From contig CM119372.1 in assembly GCA_051294905.1 (NCBI GenBank), positions 4,216,001-4,280,000 of the forward strand: a DNA stretch of 64,000 nucleotides, read 5' to 3'. The position numbers and the translations under genes are program-made. The number at the start of each line of letters is the position of its first letter. The first letter of the stretch is position 1. Below the pieces are notes generated by a model that worked only from the letters and a program-made list of their open reading frames with translations, did not search any database and was not told the DNA's origin. Below, piece after piece: positions 48,301 through 62,569 of the stretch. Source of the DNA: Botryllus schlosseri. Its lineage: Eukaryota.

Positions 48301-51300
48301 CCCGACACAGGTTTGAAGATTTTCCAATGAAATTACCCGGTGCACAGCACAGGATGAGGGTTTTTATGGAGTCGGTATTGAATATACATAAAGCAGATCG
48401 CGTCAGCGCGGAAACGGCATAATCACGATTACACTCCACACCGACCCCTGCATTTACACTGGATTCTGTATTGCGCAATGCGCGTATATGATCAATGTCA
48501 TCATATATGATCAATACGTCAGCCTGACGCAAACTGGTTTTTTCACGTTACTAATTGGAATAGCGGCTGCGTAATGTTTCCTTTACCGTGTTGTTGTTAT
48601 GGTGTTCATGATGTTTGGCGACTACCACGGTCATTAGGGGTGTTCAAAAATGACTTTTTTTCTCAAATCGTACTGGCTACTTGATAAAATTGTTAGGTTA
48701 CCTAATTTAAGCCTACTCACCAAATTTGGTTCAATTCCAGCCAGTAGCCGCATTGCTGTATGTAGGCTGACGTAATTCTACATGTGCAGTGTGCACTGCG
48801 CAGTATGTGGCAATAAACAAACACAATTAAGCTGCTTTCATGTCAGCAAACTGGTTACGCTACGGTCGGCTCATTTCTAGGGCCGGACACAACGATCAGC
48901 GCAATACTAGTCGGGCATCGATTGTAATTTGTACTCGAGTGGAATAGTGGAGTTTTCAGAGAAACAGAAGTATACGCCTTCATACCAAGAGCACTAATTC
49001 TACAGTTGAAGCCTCGAAGCCTCCGCTAGCCATATTTCATCAACGGAAAACTCGTTTGAACCCAATTATTGCTGCTGCTACGACGTCACAATAAGCGATA
49101 CTCGAATAATCCGAATCTAAGTACCATGTACTGCCGATTTTACCGCAGCCCTACGCATTTCGAGGTAGCGCAAATTTTCTCACCTGCATGTCCAGGATAT
49201 CTTTGGGGCTGACGCAGGAATGGGGCGCGGGCGCGAACGGTTCGGCGGGAAACGGATTCGCTGTAACGAAGACAACACAAATTCAAACAAAGAAGCAATA
49301 CGCGCGTGTAGGATTTCCGCATATACATACGGGTTACACTCGTGCTTAGGCTGTAATTGCGTGGATGAAAATCGGTGCATTTCCCTAATTTCCACCACAG
49401 CCCAGGGTGTAAAACAGGCTGGCAGAACCTTCGGTGCTAAATTTTGCTTCAACAGTCATTCCAATGAGGGAAAACTAATCAAATACACCAGTCCTACTCG
49501 TAAACGGAACCCACTCCACTCCTAGGATGCGTCTACATAAGTATTTTGGTATTTGAAACATGTTTAAGTTCATCCATTGAAGGGGTGTAAGAGGCAGACA
49601 TTGCACCCGAATGTGAGTTCGGAGAATACTGAGTTAGATACGGGTTTCGTTCACAGCATACCACCTACCTTGCATAGCGACTAGTCGGGTCCCTCTGGAA
49701 GGCGGTTGCGGTATCGTGGGCACAAAAGGCCGCATGTTGAATGGATCCTGAAAACGAAACAGCTATTAGACAAGCAGACACGCGCGTGTAAATCCGGCTG
49801 AAGCGACACGCGGGCAGAGAAAACAGTGTAGAACAGAACAGGAATACCCAAGATCAGAAAGAAGCGGAACAACTCCACAGTATAGTATAACCTGAGACTC
49901 CCAACCCCCAGAAACGCGTGACGTCTCGCAACCCGCGCTATCCAAAATATCGCTCTCCCGGCAATCTAGCAAGTTCAGCCGAAACTCCGCGGCGCCCGTC
50001 GTGTCAGGGCGCGGCGCAGGCTCCTTCTCGACACCGCCACGAAACGACGCCTTTTCAGTATCGAAAAGCGCGCCATTTTCACGAACGTTCCGATCTCGTA
50101 ACCGAGTTTGCTCTCCCGCCCTTGGTAATGAGATGGTCGGCGTTGTTTCGAAGATGGACTGCCTAGTTTTGTTCGTTTGATTTGATTTAAACTCATTGGC
50201 TTCTAAGTATCGACTAGACTTTACAGCTTTCGGCAAGGCTATAGAAGATACACAGTCAACACAAGAAGCATCTTTACTAGCTGCATGTCGAAAGGCCTCC
50301 ATCAACCTATTCACGTTATCGTACGTAGTGTCTACGGTGCTTTGATCGCGCCGCGGATAATCGCGCCCCGCGAGCATCATGTAACCATCTTCTCCACTCA
50401 GATGACGCAAAGTGGCGTCGATATTCGCGCCCCGCGTGCAGTCCCCGCTTTCGCGCAACACGTAAGAGTATTCTTTGGACGACGACCCGGACGTAACGCT
50501 GCTGCTGACGCTGGTCAGCTCGTCGCTTGAATCAGTCTGGTCGTAATACGCGCGCATTGCTTTCAAACTGTTATCAAACGGTATCCTCGTGTCTGCCTTA
50601 GATCTTTTCTTCAAAGAACCGCGCATTGTGACGTCACTGTCTTTTAACAGCTCGCTGGGGGAGTGCGCTTGATGATTAGCCCGCGGGTCTATCATCATTT
50701 TATGTAAAGTTGCGATCACGTCGTCCATACTGGCGTAAGTTCCAGCGCTTTCCGAAACGGCGGGGGATGAAAGGCGATCAAAGCACGCCGCTTCGCTTTG
50801 ATCATTTTTCGGTTTCTTTGTTGATAAACCGGGGAGAAGCGAGGATAGCACGTTTTTCAGCCTCTCTTCGCGCGGCGCCTTTGATCTCCTGTGCCGTTTC
50901 CCGCTTTTTCTGATTTTTTCGCCGGAATCCGTTTCCGGGACTGAAACGCGGTGCGTCTGATCTCCCGGAAGCGCGTTTCCGCGTGGAGGATGAGGAGGAA
51001 AGATGGAAGAAATCGAATGCAAAAGAGAAGGATTGATCTGGAAAGGATGAAAGGAAAAAAATCACAAGAAAATGTGAAAGACATTCAATATTCCCATGAG
51101 AAAGCGCGCGAAATTCTCCCGCGTCTCTATGACGTCGTGCACGACCGAGGAAAATCAAAGCGTTGTGTTATTCATCAAGATAAGATTTGTGTGTTACGCC
51201 AACCTAGTTTGTACCAACAGGAGTTTGTGTAGATCACGAAATAGTACACTGAGCCTAAGCCTATTCTGTTTCTGAGCTTAAGCTCTGTTGGCCTTAATTA

Positions 51301-54300
51301 TTTGAATCTCCATGTCCGCGAGTCATAATTGGTGATACGATCGTCTCTATTAGTTGCCGACTGCTACCTCTGACGTGTGTGAGCCTAAAATATTCGGGTT
51401 ATTTCAATGAGTATACTATTGAAGTTTAGATATGGACGTTGCGCGTGAGTCAAGCGCGCGTACGCACGCAATACACGAGGAAACACCTTGCATACCTATT
51501 CCACCAATAACTGTATCAATTTCAATGGCTAAATTGAGCATGGCAAATTTCAACTTCTTATCAGGCCCAAAATAATATGAAAGTCAGCTGTTAGGCCTAA
51601 TAACAGTTTTCACTCATTTCACAGAGGCGTTATAGCGATATACCCGGTGATCACCATTGGAAAGGATTTGTACGCGAGAACCAGCCTCGCCAGCCAGGTA
51701 TAGTCATCAGCTCCTAAATACGAATTTCCGTATCGCGATTGTGACATGACAGAACAAATTACAGCATAGAAATATTTGACAAATTAGATTACGATAGATT
51801 CAGATTGTCGGCATTTCACCCTTTAGTTAGTCAATTCCAAGTCAGGTCGAGAACCACTGCCTTCAACATAAAGTTACAACCTGGATTACATCACAGACGC
51901 ACACAATCGAGTTTCGCACGAAACAAGTAAACAGGAAACCGCTCCGTTTGTACCGCGCTGCAAAGGGTCAATCGCTCGAAATCCACCTCAACTACTTACG
52001 ATCATTTCCGGGCTAGTCACGTCCGTCGTTCGCGGGCTGGCACTCCGCGGCACAGCCACGCTGCCCGCGTCAAGATTGGCCGACCGCTCCGGGGTGGTCG
52101 ATGAGGCGAAAAGCTGGAACACAAAATCGGCTGAGACAAGTCGGCATGGCATCTAGGCTATACCGTGAACAAAATTCGTGTATTTCGTGGATTCCCGCAC
52201 CCAAGGAGACAGTTTATGGTGCCAAATCGTACTTTTAAATTCAAATCGCGCTTCCAAAGCCTATCAACGGGTGCAATACACCAATTTTTAAGGATCTTAT
52301 CTTGCGGATCATACGGTAAACCAGCGGTTTCCAAAGTGGGGGCTGCCCACAACTTGGGACCTGAGAGCGGTATGTTCTACGGATAAATTTTGGGAAAATT
52401 CGTTAATTTATAGCTCTCTCTGTGCGCTGAGTTTACCAACTAACCAAACAATCAATCAATGAACGAAGAGACTATTTATTCAGCGACACTTATTACGCGC
52501 TTATCGCTCCTAAGCGAAGTACACTTTCAGCGAAAAAAGTGTGTATTTCCACCCGTGTACCACCCCTGAAACGCGGGTGTGAATATATAATACACCCATG
52601 GCGCACGGAACCAGAGCCGACCTCAAACTTATACCGCGGTATAAATCGAGTAGAACATTTCAATCCAAATTATGCACGTGCACGTTGGCATGCACGATTT
52701 GTGACCGCGATATAATTCTGAGTTAGGTTCTCCCCTAGAAATCCACAAAAGGTGACACACGTACACAGAATCCACCACACCCTGGGATATATCTCTCTAA
52801 GGACTAGGTATTCGACTTATTTTCATCCATTGGAAGGGTGCGAACGCACAATTTTGTACCTGAAAGTTCCGTTTACCTGATTAGCACCCCAGGCTACGGT
52901 GAAAATCCGATGAAGACACATATTTCCGGCCCGTGCATTGGCAGTGCAGTGCAAGCTCGTGAAATACCTTGCTACAACACCGGAATCGACATAGGCCACG
53001 TCATAGATACGCGCCGGGTTTCAATCAATCAATTTCAGATTTTGATCACATCGATTGGAGGGAGATACATTATACATAACACGCATAAAACCACGTAACC
53101 CTCGGTCCGTAGAATGACATACCGCGAACTGCACAACTGTGCAGTGCATTGTTTGTGGTATGACTTCGTTACTCATTAATTTCATCTGGCTAATGTCCAA
53201 GTATGCAATCGAATCCACATCGGCGCGAGAATAATTTCGCGATAGCCGACGGATATCCAGACTATAGCCGAACGCAGTATGCAAAATAAGCAAGTTACAA
53301 TCAGGTGGCATTACACGTCAGGCTGCGTATTACATGCGGTGAAAATTGATAAGACCAGTAAAGGCCAAAATGTGATAAAATTGGCCGATATTAATTGAGC
53401 TCACTAGCGCGATCAATAAAATATGGCTTTGTTAGAAGGCTCGAGGCTGAGTCGCGGATAAAGATATTTTTTGTCCGTTTATGACAGAGTTAGGAAGCCT
53501 TTTTCGACATAGGAGCCATATTCACCCTTGGTTTTCGATTGTCAATGTCAATTCACTGTGCCGTCACAACTAACGATATGTGACGTCATGGCTAAAAAAA
53601 AAACAATAAAATACCTTTTTTAAACAAGGGCCATGCTCTAAACATGTTTGTTTTAAATGCAACCCTAGTAGTATATATGTACTTTAACGTGACTCATACC
53701 TGCGAAGACATTGGTGTCGTGTCCGCGCGTTCGTGCGCCGGTCGGCCGTTGGCGGCATTCTCCAACTCTGCTATTCTCTTTCGCAATTTATCATTTTCAC
53801 TTTCAAGTTCTTTGATACGTTTGCTCATGTCATTAACCTGTTCAAGAGAAGAATTTATATTTTGTCGAATTTATACCTAGACTTTTGGACAGTGTGGTCG
53901 CATTCGGCCAGACTGGGACTATCACATAATCATAGTTGTCTAATTTTGTTAATTAGAGCGAAATGCTGATAATTCAATTCTAATCTAATTGCTGAAATGT
54001 TGCTGAACTCAAATTCCAACCTAAATTTTGGTTTTGCAGACATTTGCAATTCACGTGTTCATGAACTGAACTTAATTTTAGTTGCATTTCCACCCAAATC
54101 GGAGTTTTACTAAATTACAAAGTTTTTGCGAATTCAGTATTTCTATTCTAACTTAAGTTGTGGAAAAAAACTGTGTAGCTGCAATTCTAATTCTAATATA
54201 ATTCTGGAAAGCTGAAATTTTCTAGATTGCCCAATTCTACAATGGGTGAGAAGAACATGAGATCTATCAATACATATTTTATTGTGGTGACTTTAATGGT

Positions 54301-57300
54301 TAAACAGAATCTGGTAAACGTCATAAAATACTGTTTTGGGCTGCAAGGAAACGCACGGCCCCAACAATTTTTAACCGGGGCAGCATGTACAATTAGACAG
54401 AACTAAAACTGTCACTGGCACACGTTTGATACTAGCACGAAGGCTATCTGTAGCTTCATCGGGAAAAAGTATACACGAGTCAAGTTTCAACATTTGTAAC
54501 GCACGAAGATACGTTAGTAATAAAACAACTATAGTAGAAAGCACCACGTTCGAAGACCATTTCACCTTTTTGCTACTCGGCGCTGAAGGATTCTTTTTCA
54601 TAAACTTCTCGTAAGCGATTTCGAAGGCCTGTCCTATCGTCAGTGTGATATCATTGGCCTGTAAATGCGCAATACTCTTCTCAATCGAGAACGATGAAAT
54701 CACGCATAGTATCCTAATCGAGTATCAGGAATCGGGCCTACTGCAGCATATTATTTCTCCCAATTTCGAGAAAGGACTCTGCTCATAAACAGCGACGGAA
54801 TATATCTTAGGAAGTGATGATTGTATCGATTGTAGTTTGTGAGCTAGGGTTGTTCAAAGACATCATTTTTCCGGATCCCGGGATTCACTGATCAAATTGT
54901 TAGGTTGCCTAAAAAAAACGCTGCACACCAAATTTGACTCGATTCCAAACGGTAGGCAGTGAACGCGTAGGAAGTTAAATAGTTTGAATTTATTATTCAA
55001 AAAAATTAAGAACTTTTTTTCGTCAAATTTTGCTGTCAACTCCATGAAATTGTTGACCTGTCTTCAAAAAACGATGCAAAACCAATTTGACGCGAGTCCA
55101 ACCCGTAGAAGCGAAGTGATTCGAGTTTCATTCGTAATTTTGGGATTACCCACCGTCAACGCTATTTTTGCAATTCCAAAATTTCCAACTGCAATAACTT
55201 CCCTTCTACCGGTTGGAAGTGAGAAAAAGTTGTCGTGCGTTGTTCTTTGAGACGACTCAACAATATCATGGGGTTGATAGAAAAAATTGAATTTTTAAAA
55301 TATTTTATAAAAATATTCAAAGTCCTGCACCTTGACATCTGCCAGTTGGATTTGGGACAAATTTGGTGTGAAACGTTTTTTAATCCAACATAATAACTTA
55401 ATCCGCGAATTCACGAAATCCAGAAATTTATTTGTTCTCAAATCGTACTAGTTACTTGATAAAATTGTTAGCTTACCTGATTTAAGCCTACACACTAAAT
55501 TTGGTTCAATTCCAGCAAGTAACCGAATTGCTACAGGAGAAGAAAGTTTCTATTTATTATCTAAAAATAAATAACAAAAAAATTGAAAATTATCTGTTCA
55601 CCCTATGAAAGTGTTAGGTTGTCTATAGAAACGATGTTCACCAAATTTGGTTCAATTCCAACCAGTGAAAGCGGAGTTATTGCCGTCGAAAAATTTGGAT
55701 TTCAATAAAATAGTATTTACGGTGGGCACAACTATAATAAATAACTGAAGAATTGGTCACCGTTAGTACTATTTTATTCATAATCCGAATTTTTCGACGT
55801 AATTGAACCAAATTTGGTGTTTAGGCGTAAATTAGGTAACCTAACATTTTTATCAAGTAGCAAGTGCGATTGGAGAAAAAAAGTCGTTTTTGAACACCTC
55901 TATCGTCCCTGGTAATGGAGTTTACTTCCACTCAAGTAGCGAGGCTGGCTACTTTGAATACCCGCGGTCTCTAAACAGTACCTGATGCACGGAGTCCAGT
56001 CCGTAACAGTAATGCTTGTTGTCGTCGAGCTTCGCTATAAAAGCGAACAGTCTCTTGTCGGTCTTGTCGTCCGCGCAAAACGAAACCCTGTGAAGCGCTA
56101 TGTCATGCCAAGTCTCCTGAAATGGCAAGATTACTCGCGGTTAGGTAAACACGGTCAGTACGCGCGAGCGTTTAGCGAGTGCAATGACTAAACAAGTTGA
56201 CACAACACCTAAAACAAAACGCGTTCTGTTACGCGTTGACAGGTGGGAATCTCATTCATACGCTCAATTATTTTCGTCCAGCTTTACGTCTCAAAAGTGA
56301 AAAGGAAGCCAACATTTGACGTAAGTCAGGGTTATTTTTCACCGAGTCGCACATCTATAGAATTTGCAGAGTTTTAAAATTAGATTATGAATTCGCGAAA
56401 ACTTCGAATAGGGATGAAATGAAACAACAACCGGTTCAAGTTCATGTCTCAAATCTTCTTTGTCACATGCATGAGAATATAAAATGGCTGTGCACCAAGC
56501 ATGGTTCGTTCCGCACTATAAGGTTCTCATGCAGCATTTCAGGAAAACCAGAAACTACGTTTGAATCAGAAATTAGAGCATTGAAACGTATCACAAATTA
56601 GATTATAATTAGATTAAAGGCATTTCGCTCGAATTAGTCTAATTAACTACTAGAATTATCTAAAATTATCTAGTTGGAAAGTCTGCCTTCAAGCACCCTT
56701 CCGTACTCCATTCCGAATTGCCTACATCTCTGAGCGTACGGTACTGCTATGAAATCCCGGCATATCTCTTACCGAAAGTGCATGTAAACTAGCGTTAACG
56801 TGACGACAAAAACTGATTTTGATACCATAGCCATGTCGTCTCAATAGCGCGAACAGATCGACCTCCGAACGGAGGTAATTGACACTCGGAGAAGTATCGG
56901 AAACGGCACCTAGCAAACGACCGGCGACGAACCCGATGTGGAGATTGGTATCAGCACAATGAACGGGAACATTCCACGGTAAGGCTTCAATTCAGTCTTT
57001 CTCGGTCAGTACACACCAGTAGCCTATTAAGGGTGCCTCAAAAACAGACTTTCACTTTGCATTGTTACGGAGTTTTTTCATTGTGATGCAGCAATGTCGT
57101 CAGGAATGAGCAGCCGCAACAATGGCAAAACGCTGGCGGTTTGCGCTGCTCTTTACTTGCTTCCAGACGGCATTGCTGCGACTGATTTTGGGGGTTCTAG
57201 GGCAACGACCACAATAAAATCTATATTTTCGTAATCAGCACCCCGGTAGCTTTCGATTGATACCAATTTCATCAAATTTCGCGCTCGGCAAGCCGGTCAA

Positions 57301-60300
57301 AAGTACAGTCAAATTGCCTTTAGCCAAATGGAAAGTGTGACGTAAACCAATCGCAGTAGACCGTGAGATTTGCTTGTGTCCACACTATTGTAGGACACTA
57401 TGGTTTCACTCATTATGGCATTTCCATCACGTGATCATACCCACTCATTGTACTTTGTGACAATATCGTGGATTGGTCACGACTTTACTGCATGTTTGGG
57501 ATACTGTGATAAGTGATACGACAGATCGAGGTCTCAAAGCTTCCACGTTGGCAAAAAAAGTATCGATACTATAATTCACCTTGATAACATACTCTTACTG
57601 GAAAGGGGTTTTAAATACAGTACTCCGAAGAATCGCATCCCCTAGTCGACTGATTGCTCAAATCATTATACCCAGCCCTAGTATTATCATTGCAAAGACT
57701 GCATCACAGTAGGGCAGAATAGAATTGCCAGTGCTGCTATTTCCAAAGATTTAGATCGCACTGGAAGCATGCGACTATGATAGGTCTGGTTCTCAACCCT
57801 GTAATGCAGGGGTCATCAGCCTTTTTGAAACGAAGAGGTAGCCTACTTCTTGGGTACTGATTTAATGCGACGGGCTACCAGTCACTCCCGCCGTTTATCC
57901 GTGCTAAGTTGGATTTCCGTCACTTAGACATTCAGAGAACTCGGCAGGGTTTCCGCCCCTTACCAAGAACAGAAACTCTCACTCACCGGGACTCACAGAA
58001 GCGAAGCGAAGCGTCTCCGGGCTCAGTTGCGTTGCCGCACTGCGCGCCGAAGCGCCAATATCCGCTTCGAGACCCGGAGATGTTAACTAGATTTCCGCTA
58101 AGCCTCCGCGTGGGCGAAGACGAGCAAAGCCCCAATCTAAAACTGCGTTCGTATGTTCCTTAGTGTCGACTGACCCACGTTCAACTGCTGCTCATACGAA
58201 ACCCTTCTGCGCTTTTATTCCGTATCTAAATATTGCCACCAACATAAAAGGATTCACACCATCTTCAATATCGGCTACCGCGAATATGCCACCGTTATAT
58301 AATTATAATTGACCCGAGTCGGTTACGTATGGTAAGATGTTGCGGACTTGCGGTGTGTGTCGGATCGGGTTATTGTCAATTTTGCTACTATAAAGGATGG
58401 TGTGAAGAAAGGTGCGCCAGAGCGTTATAATCGTAACCGATGCCTTAATGATCTCCACAAAATCGTGGTCGCAATCAATTAAAATGACGCAGTCGCCGAC
58501 CGGTAGCGCTAGTTACTACCCACGCGTGTTCACTGTTCATGTTCAATGATTTACAGCGAATTGATCAACAAATGAATTACTTGCATCCAGCCTACGCACC
58601 TAGCAGAGTTCTATGACGGTAAACACATTACTTTCGATTGGACCACGTCACTCGTGTCAATTGGCGTAAAGGCTTGAACACACGCAGGGAAATTCGGAAA
58701 GACTGCTGCTCAAACTCGAATACGTCCAAAAAGGTGATCGAACGACACGGAATAAATGATAGGTCCGCATCCGCACACACGCATAATATGCCCATTACAC
58801 ATGATAACCGCACAACCCACTGCGCCACGTCACATAACAAACAGGGATTGAAATGACGTCAGTTCTGCACCGCATACATGCAATTTGATATTTCTTGGGT
58901 TGGTCGCGACTTCACACTCATGCCATTTCCGATAACGAGCGACGCTTTGTACTCATGTTTTGGATGTTGTGACACCACTGGCTGATGTTTCAAGGATTCC
59001 AGGATGGGAAAAAGCCTTAAAACTATGATTATTGTTGATAATATTACTAATAGTGGAACGGGGCGTATGATTCCAAATACCGGAAAAGATTTGCCTATCA
59101 CTACTCAAGTGGAATCATGACAATGAATACACGATTCGGATTCGAGTCATTGCGCCCAGCCCAAAAACGATAAACCAAGAAGATTTCCAATAGCCTAGTG
59201 GTCAATGTCTCGCTATCAAAACATTTAAGCGTGGGCTGTTGGGATATTGAATCACACGCACAAATAGCCTAGTTTGGATATAGATCAGTCCGGTTGTGGA
59301 ACAGTACTAAAGGAGCATTTTCTTGGAGGTACAGAACTTCAATATACAATATGAATATACTATTCAACTGTACATTGAACATCACGCCCCTCCAGATTAC
59401 CAATAATTGCATCAAACACGCAGTATAACGTTATTTTACGACACAAAAGAGTGAAACTGAAACACGTGAATATAACAAAAGGAAGCAAATCAAGGCTTGG
59501 CATTGTAAGAGCTTCTTGGAGTTACGGAACTTCAATACACAATTGCATATTATATTCACATTGAAATGAGCCCGAATATTTTAGGCTGACACTAGTCAGG
59601 GGTAATCGTCAGCAACTAGTAGAGAATTGAGAATTTGGTGATATACGATTGTCGAAGTCGATATACAATGTTCCTTCCAATTATTATCCACTAATCGCTG
59701 ACGATAACCCATAACGAGTGTTACCGAAAATATTCGGGCTCATTTCAATATGAATGCACTATTCAATCGACAGGCATTGTATTATAATGCTAAGGCGCGA
59801 GAATTCCAGCCTGACATCTGCATGACACCCGCGACATGTCAACGATCGATCGCAAGCAGTTCAATTCATGATGTCGCGATGGCAGACAGTGTGGAAAGAG
59901 TAACACGAACTATATCGATCGCCGGAACAACTGCTATACGCTATCGACAAATGGCTAACGAAAAGAGACGCGACCACAATCTTTCCCTGATTCACACACG
60001 CGCCATTCTGCCTATTTGTGCTGAAATAATATCGCGACACTAGCACGCATTCTATCTATATCTGCAGTAAATCGGCTGGGAAGCATTTAACCTAGAATCT
60101 AGACGCAACCTCGAAGCAGCCAAACCAAGTTGGCACTCGTGGGAATTTGGAGCGATCAAACCTTCCGATCATCTTATAAGCAGCTGGGGTCGCATGCACT
60201 CACGCGAAACGCTAATAGACGCCGCTAGGTACTGGGTAGGCCGCTGGGATAACAATCACGTGTGGAGAGCGAATTTATAAAGTGACCAGGCAGCAGAAAG

Positions 60301-61303
60301 TGGTCCAATAAACGGGGTAGTTGTAGGCAGAGCTGGTAATCTAATTCTAATCTCAATTGCGAAATAAAATGATACCGTAAAACCGTATAGTGCGAAACGA
60401 GCCAAACTTGATGTACGGACATTTGCTATTCGATATAACGTAATTTTGTAAGATTTTGCAGATATTACGCCACAGATTACATCAGGATGCATCTGCTAAT
60501 TGGATGAGCACATGATGTTTGCGATTGCGCATGTTCTTTTCTATCCTATATGAGTACGTTTTTAGAGGAATCAGTTCGCCAATGCAACTGTCCTTATTTG
60601 TATTCGGTTTTTCCAATCATAGTCATTTCACAATTTTAGTGATTTGTACGATTTTTAGTGATTTTGATTGTTTGATTACTGTTTAATTATCAAAACCAAG
60701 CGCATGAATCATTCGCAATTCTGTGTCCAAGTGGTAGACTACGCTGCCTGTACCTTTGACATGACCCATGAACATATCCAGACCATCACTAATCACCACG
60801 CCATGCTTGTGATTAGTTGATTTATTTTCTGGACTGGGGGATTGAACCAAATTTGGTGTGTAGGCTTAAATTAGGTAACCTAACAATTTTATCAAGTAGC
60901 CAGTACGATTTGAGAAAAAAAAAGATTTTTGAAGACCCCTAATGCACAATCATATCGGAAAGCAGGCCAATGAAAGTCGGATTCGGATCTAACCATTAAA
61001 TTTAGCGATGCCATTTTAAGACAAGTCACTCTCAGCTGACGCTAAATAATAAACATCCAATGTCATTGCTAACAAATAGTGAACCCAGCGCGATATATAG
61101 TCAGTTACAAAAACACGCGGCCGACGACTTGCCTTCGTTTTAATATTGCTGATGGTGACGGAGTTGATATTAATGCTAAGCTCCACTTTGGGTGGTTTGG
61201 TCCCTTCCGTTCGTTTGATCTGCCGTGAAAAGTTCAATTTCTGCAGAGCCGCCTTCACCATTTCCATCCCTCTGGGCTCCGGAACTTCCGCCTTTCCGAG
61301 GAA
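45394..61303 (-). CDS. GULP1: GULP1/CED-6 PTB-domain engulfment adaptor (5' exon(s) not identified)
   Basis: Exons (minus): 61303-61133 ([12 protein letters not shown]...PKVELSI...KTK), 56116-55982 ([22 protein letters not shown]), 54658-54566 ([16 protein letters not shown]), 53837-53700 (coiled coil [21 protein letters not shown]), 52113-52000, [51037-49892 large cassette], 49747-49669 (DPFNMRPF), 49260-49184 (NPFPAEPF...ILDMQ), 45468-45394 ([11 protein letters not shown]). Phases are consistent. Confidence 0.9.
51340..51430 (+). mobile_element. Degenerate PLE terminal-repeat copy
   Basis: ctgacgtgtgtgagcctaaaatattcgggtt matches the hammerhead-bearing repeat, with core mutations. Confidence 0.65.
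55430..55900. mobile_element. TA-flanked MITE family (other pieces 48637-48775, 60841-60939, about 54880-54950)
   Basis: Shared ggggtgttcaaaaatgacttttttctcaaatcgtactggctacttgataaaattgttaggttacc in both orientations. Ends abut TA. Confidence 0.7.
59310..59767. mobile_element. Inverted pair of PLE terminal repeats with degenerate hammerheads
   Basis: Minus copy about 59505-59640, plus copy about 59640-59767, extra minus tail 59310-59370. Confidence 0.75.
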
Positions 61304-62569
61304 CTGTGAACGGAAAAAATAGATCATTCTAATTAGATTAGAGTAATTGGAGCCAGATGAGGTAATTTGATTGTAATTTAGTTTCTGAAATGTTTAACTA
61401 TGCTCTAATTTTTAATTCTAATATAATTTCTGGTTTTCATGATAATGCTACACAGCTGTATAGAGCGAAACGAGACAAGCTTGGTGTGCAGACATTTGCC
61501 ATTCTCGTGTTATATATGAGTCTGATTTAATATGAATTGAACTTGAGTTTTGTTGTGTTTTTTTTAAAATTCAGAATGTAAATCAATTTTGGAATTTTAG
61601 CGAATTCAGTAACTATAATTCAGTAGCTATAATTCTAAACCAAATCTAACTTGGAATTGCCGAAACATTTCTATGTGTCCAACCCTGATCCGCGGACATA
61701 TCAGTATGCAACACTCTAGCAAGCGACACGTGTTGAGCATGGGAATACACTAGCATGAGGTCACGTAATGAGCATGTGGGACTTGAGCATGGTGATATAA
61801 TACGAGCACGAGAAATTGAGCATGTGACACCAGATAATTGTACACTTGAGCAAGGATCGTGTTCTAAAGTGTCGCATGCTCATGTGTTCCCGAGCTATAA
61901 AGTCGTATCCCCATGCTCAACTGCCATATCGTCTTCCATTGTGTCACATGTTCCCCTGCAGGCTAGGTTAACGTGCGAGTCAGGGTAAAAGGTATTTTCC
62001 TTTCTAAATTTCACACTTTGTCTCCGTCAATTTAATGATCAGACGTCACAATAAAACAGAGCTGCGATGACGTTACCATAAAATATATTTTGAATCTACA
62101 AATTATTTGACACGTTGCAACTGCATGCGACTTACAGTCATGCGGATGTAGGCCTAAACAATGAAACGAAGTTTAAATAAGTGAATGGGTAATTATAGAT
62201 TATATTTACACATTTTACTACTACAAAAGGACGACAAAATATTACAATATCAATTTATTGTCATCCACCTATGTTTTTTGTATCCCACAGCCACAGGCCA
62301 CGCTAGGAGAGATCAGTGACGTGTTTTGTGAAGAAGCATATTATATTATGTATGAATGTATATAATACAATACAACCATGGTCGAAGAGAACGCAAGATC
62401 CCAAAAAAATTTAATGGGCATCGCAAATATTGCTCAAGAATTAAAAGTAGCAGGAAATACAAAAGGTTGGATGTAACTTGAGCAACAGTAACCATAGTGA
62501 AAATTATACGAGGAATGAAAATTAGAAAAATTTCCAAAACTCAGGATATCATTAAATATGCACTATGTA

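Noticed and set aside
58200-58520. Minus-strand LPV...[13 protein letters not shown] resembling a Spo11/TOPRIM DxD motif
   Set aside because: Weak similarity, broken by stops, no splice support and no other domain parts.
62136-62153. 18-nt ag|AYIRMT|gtaagt micro-exon as the GULP upstream exon
   Set aside because: Does not match the GULP/CED-6 pre-PTB sequence and overlaps a common gtaggccta motif.
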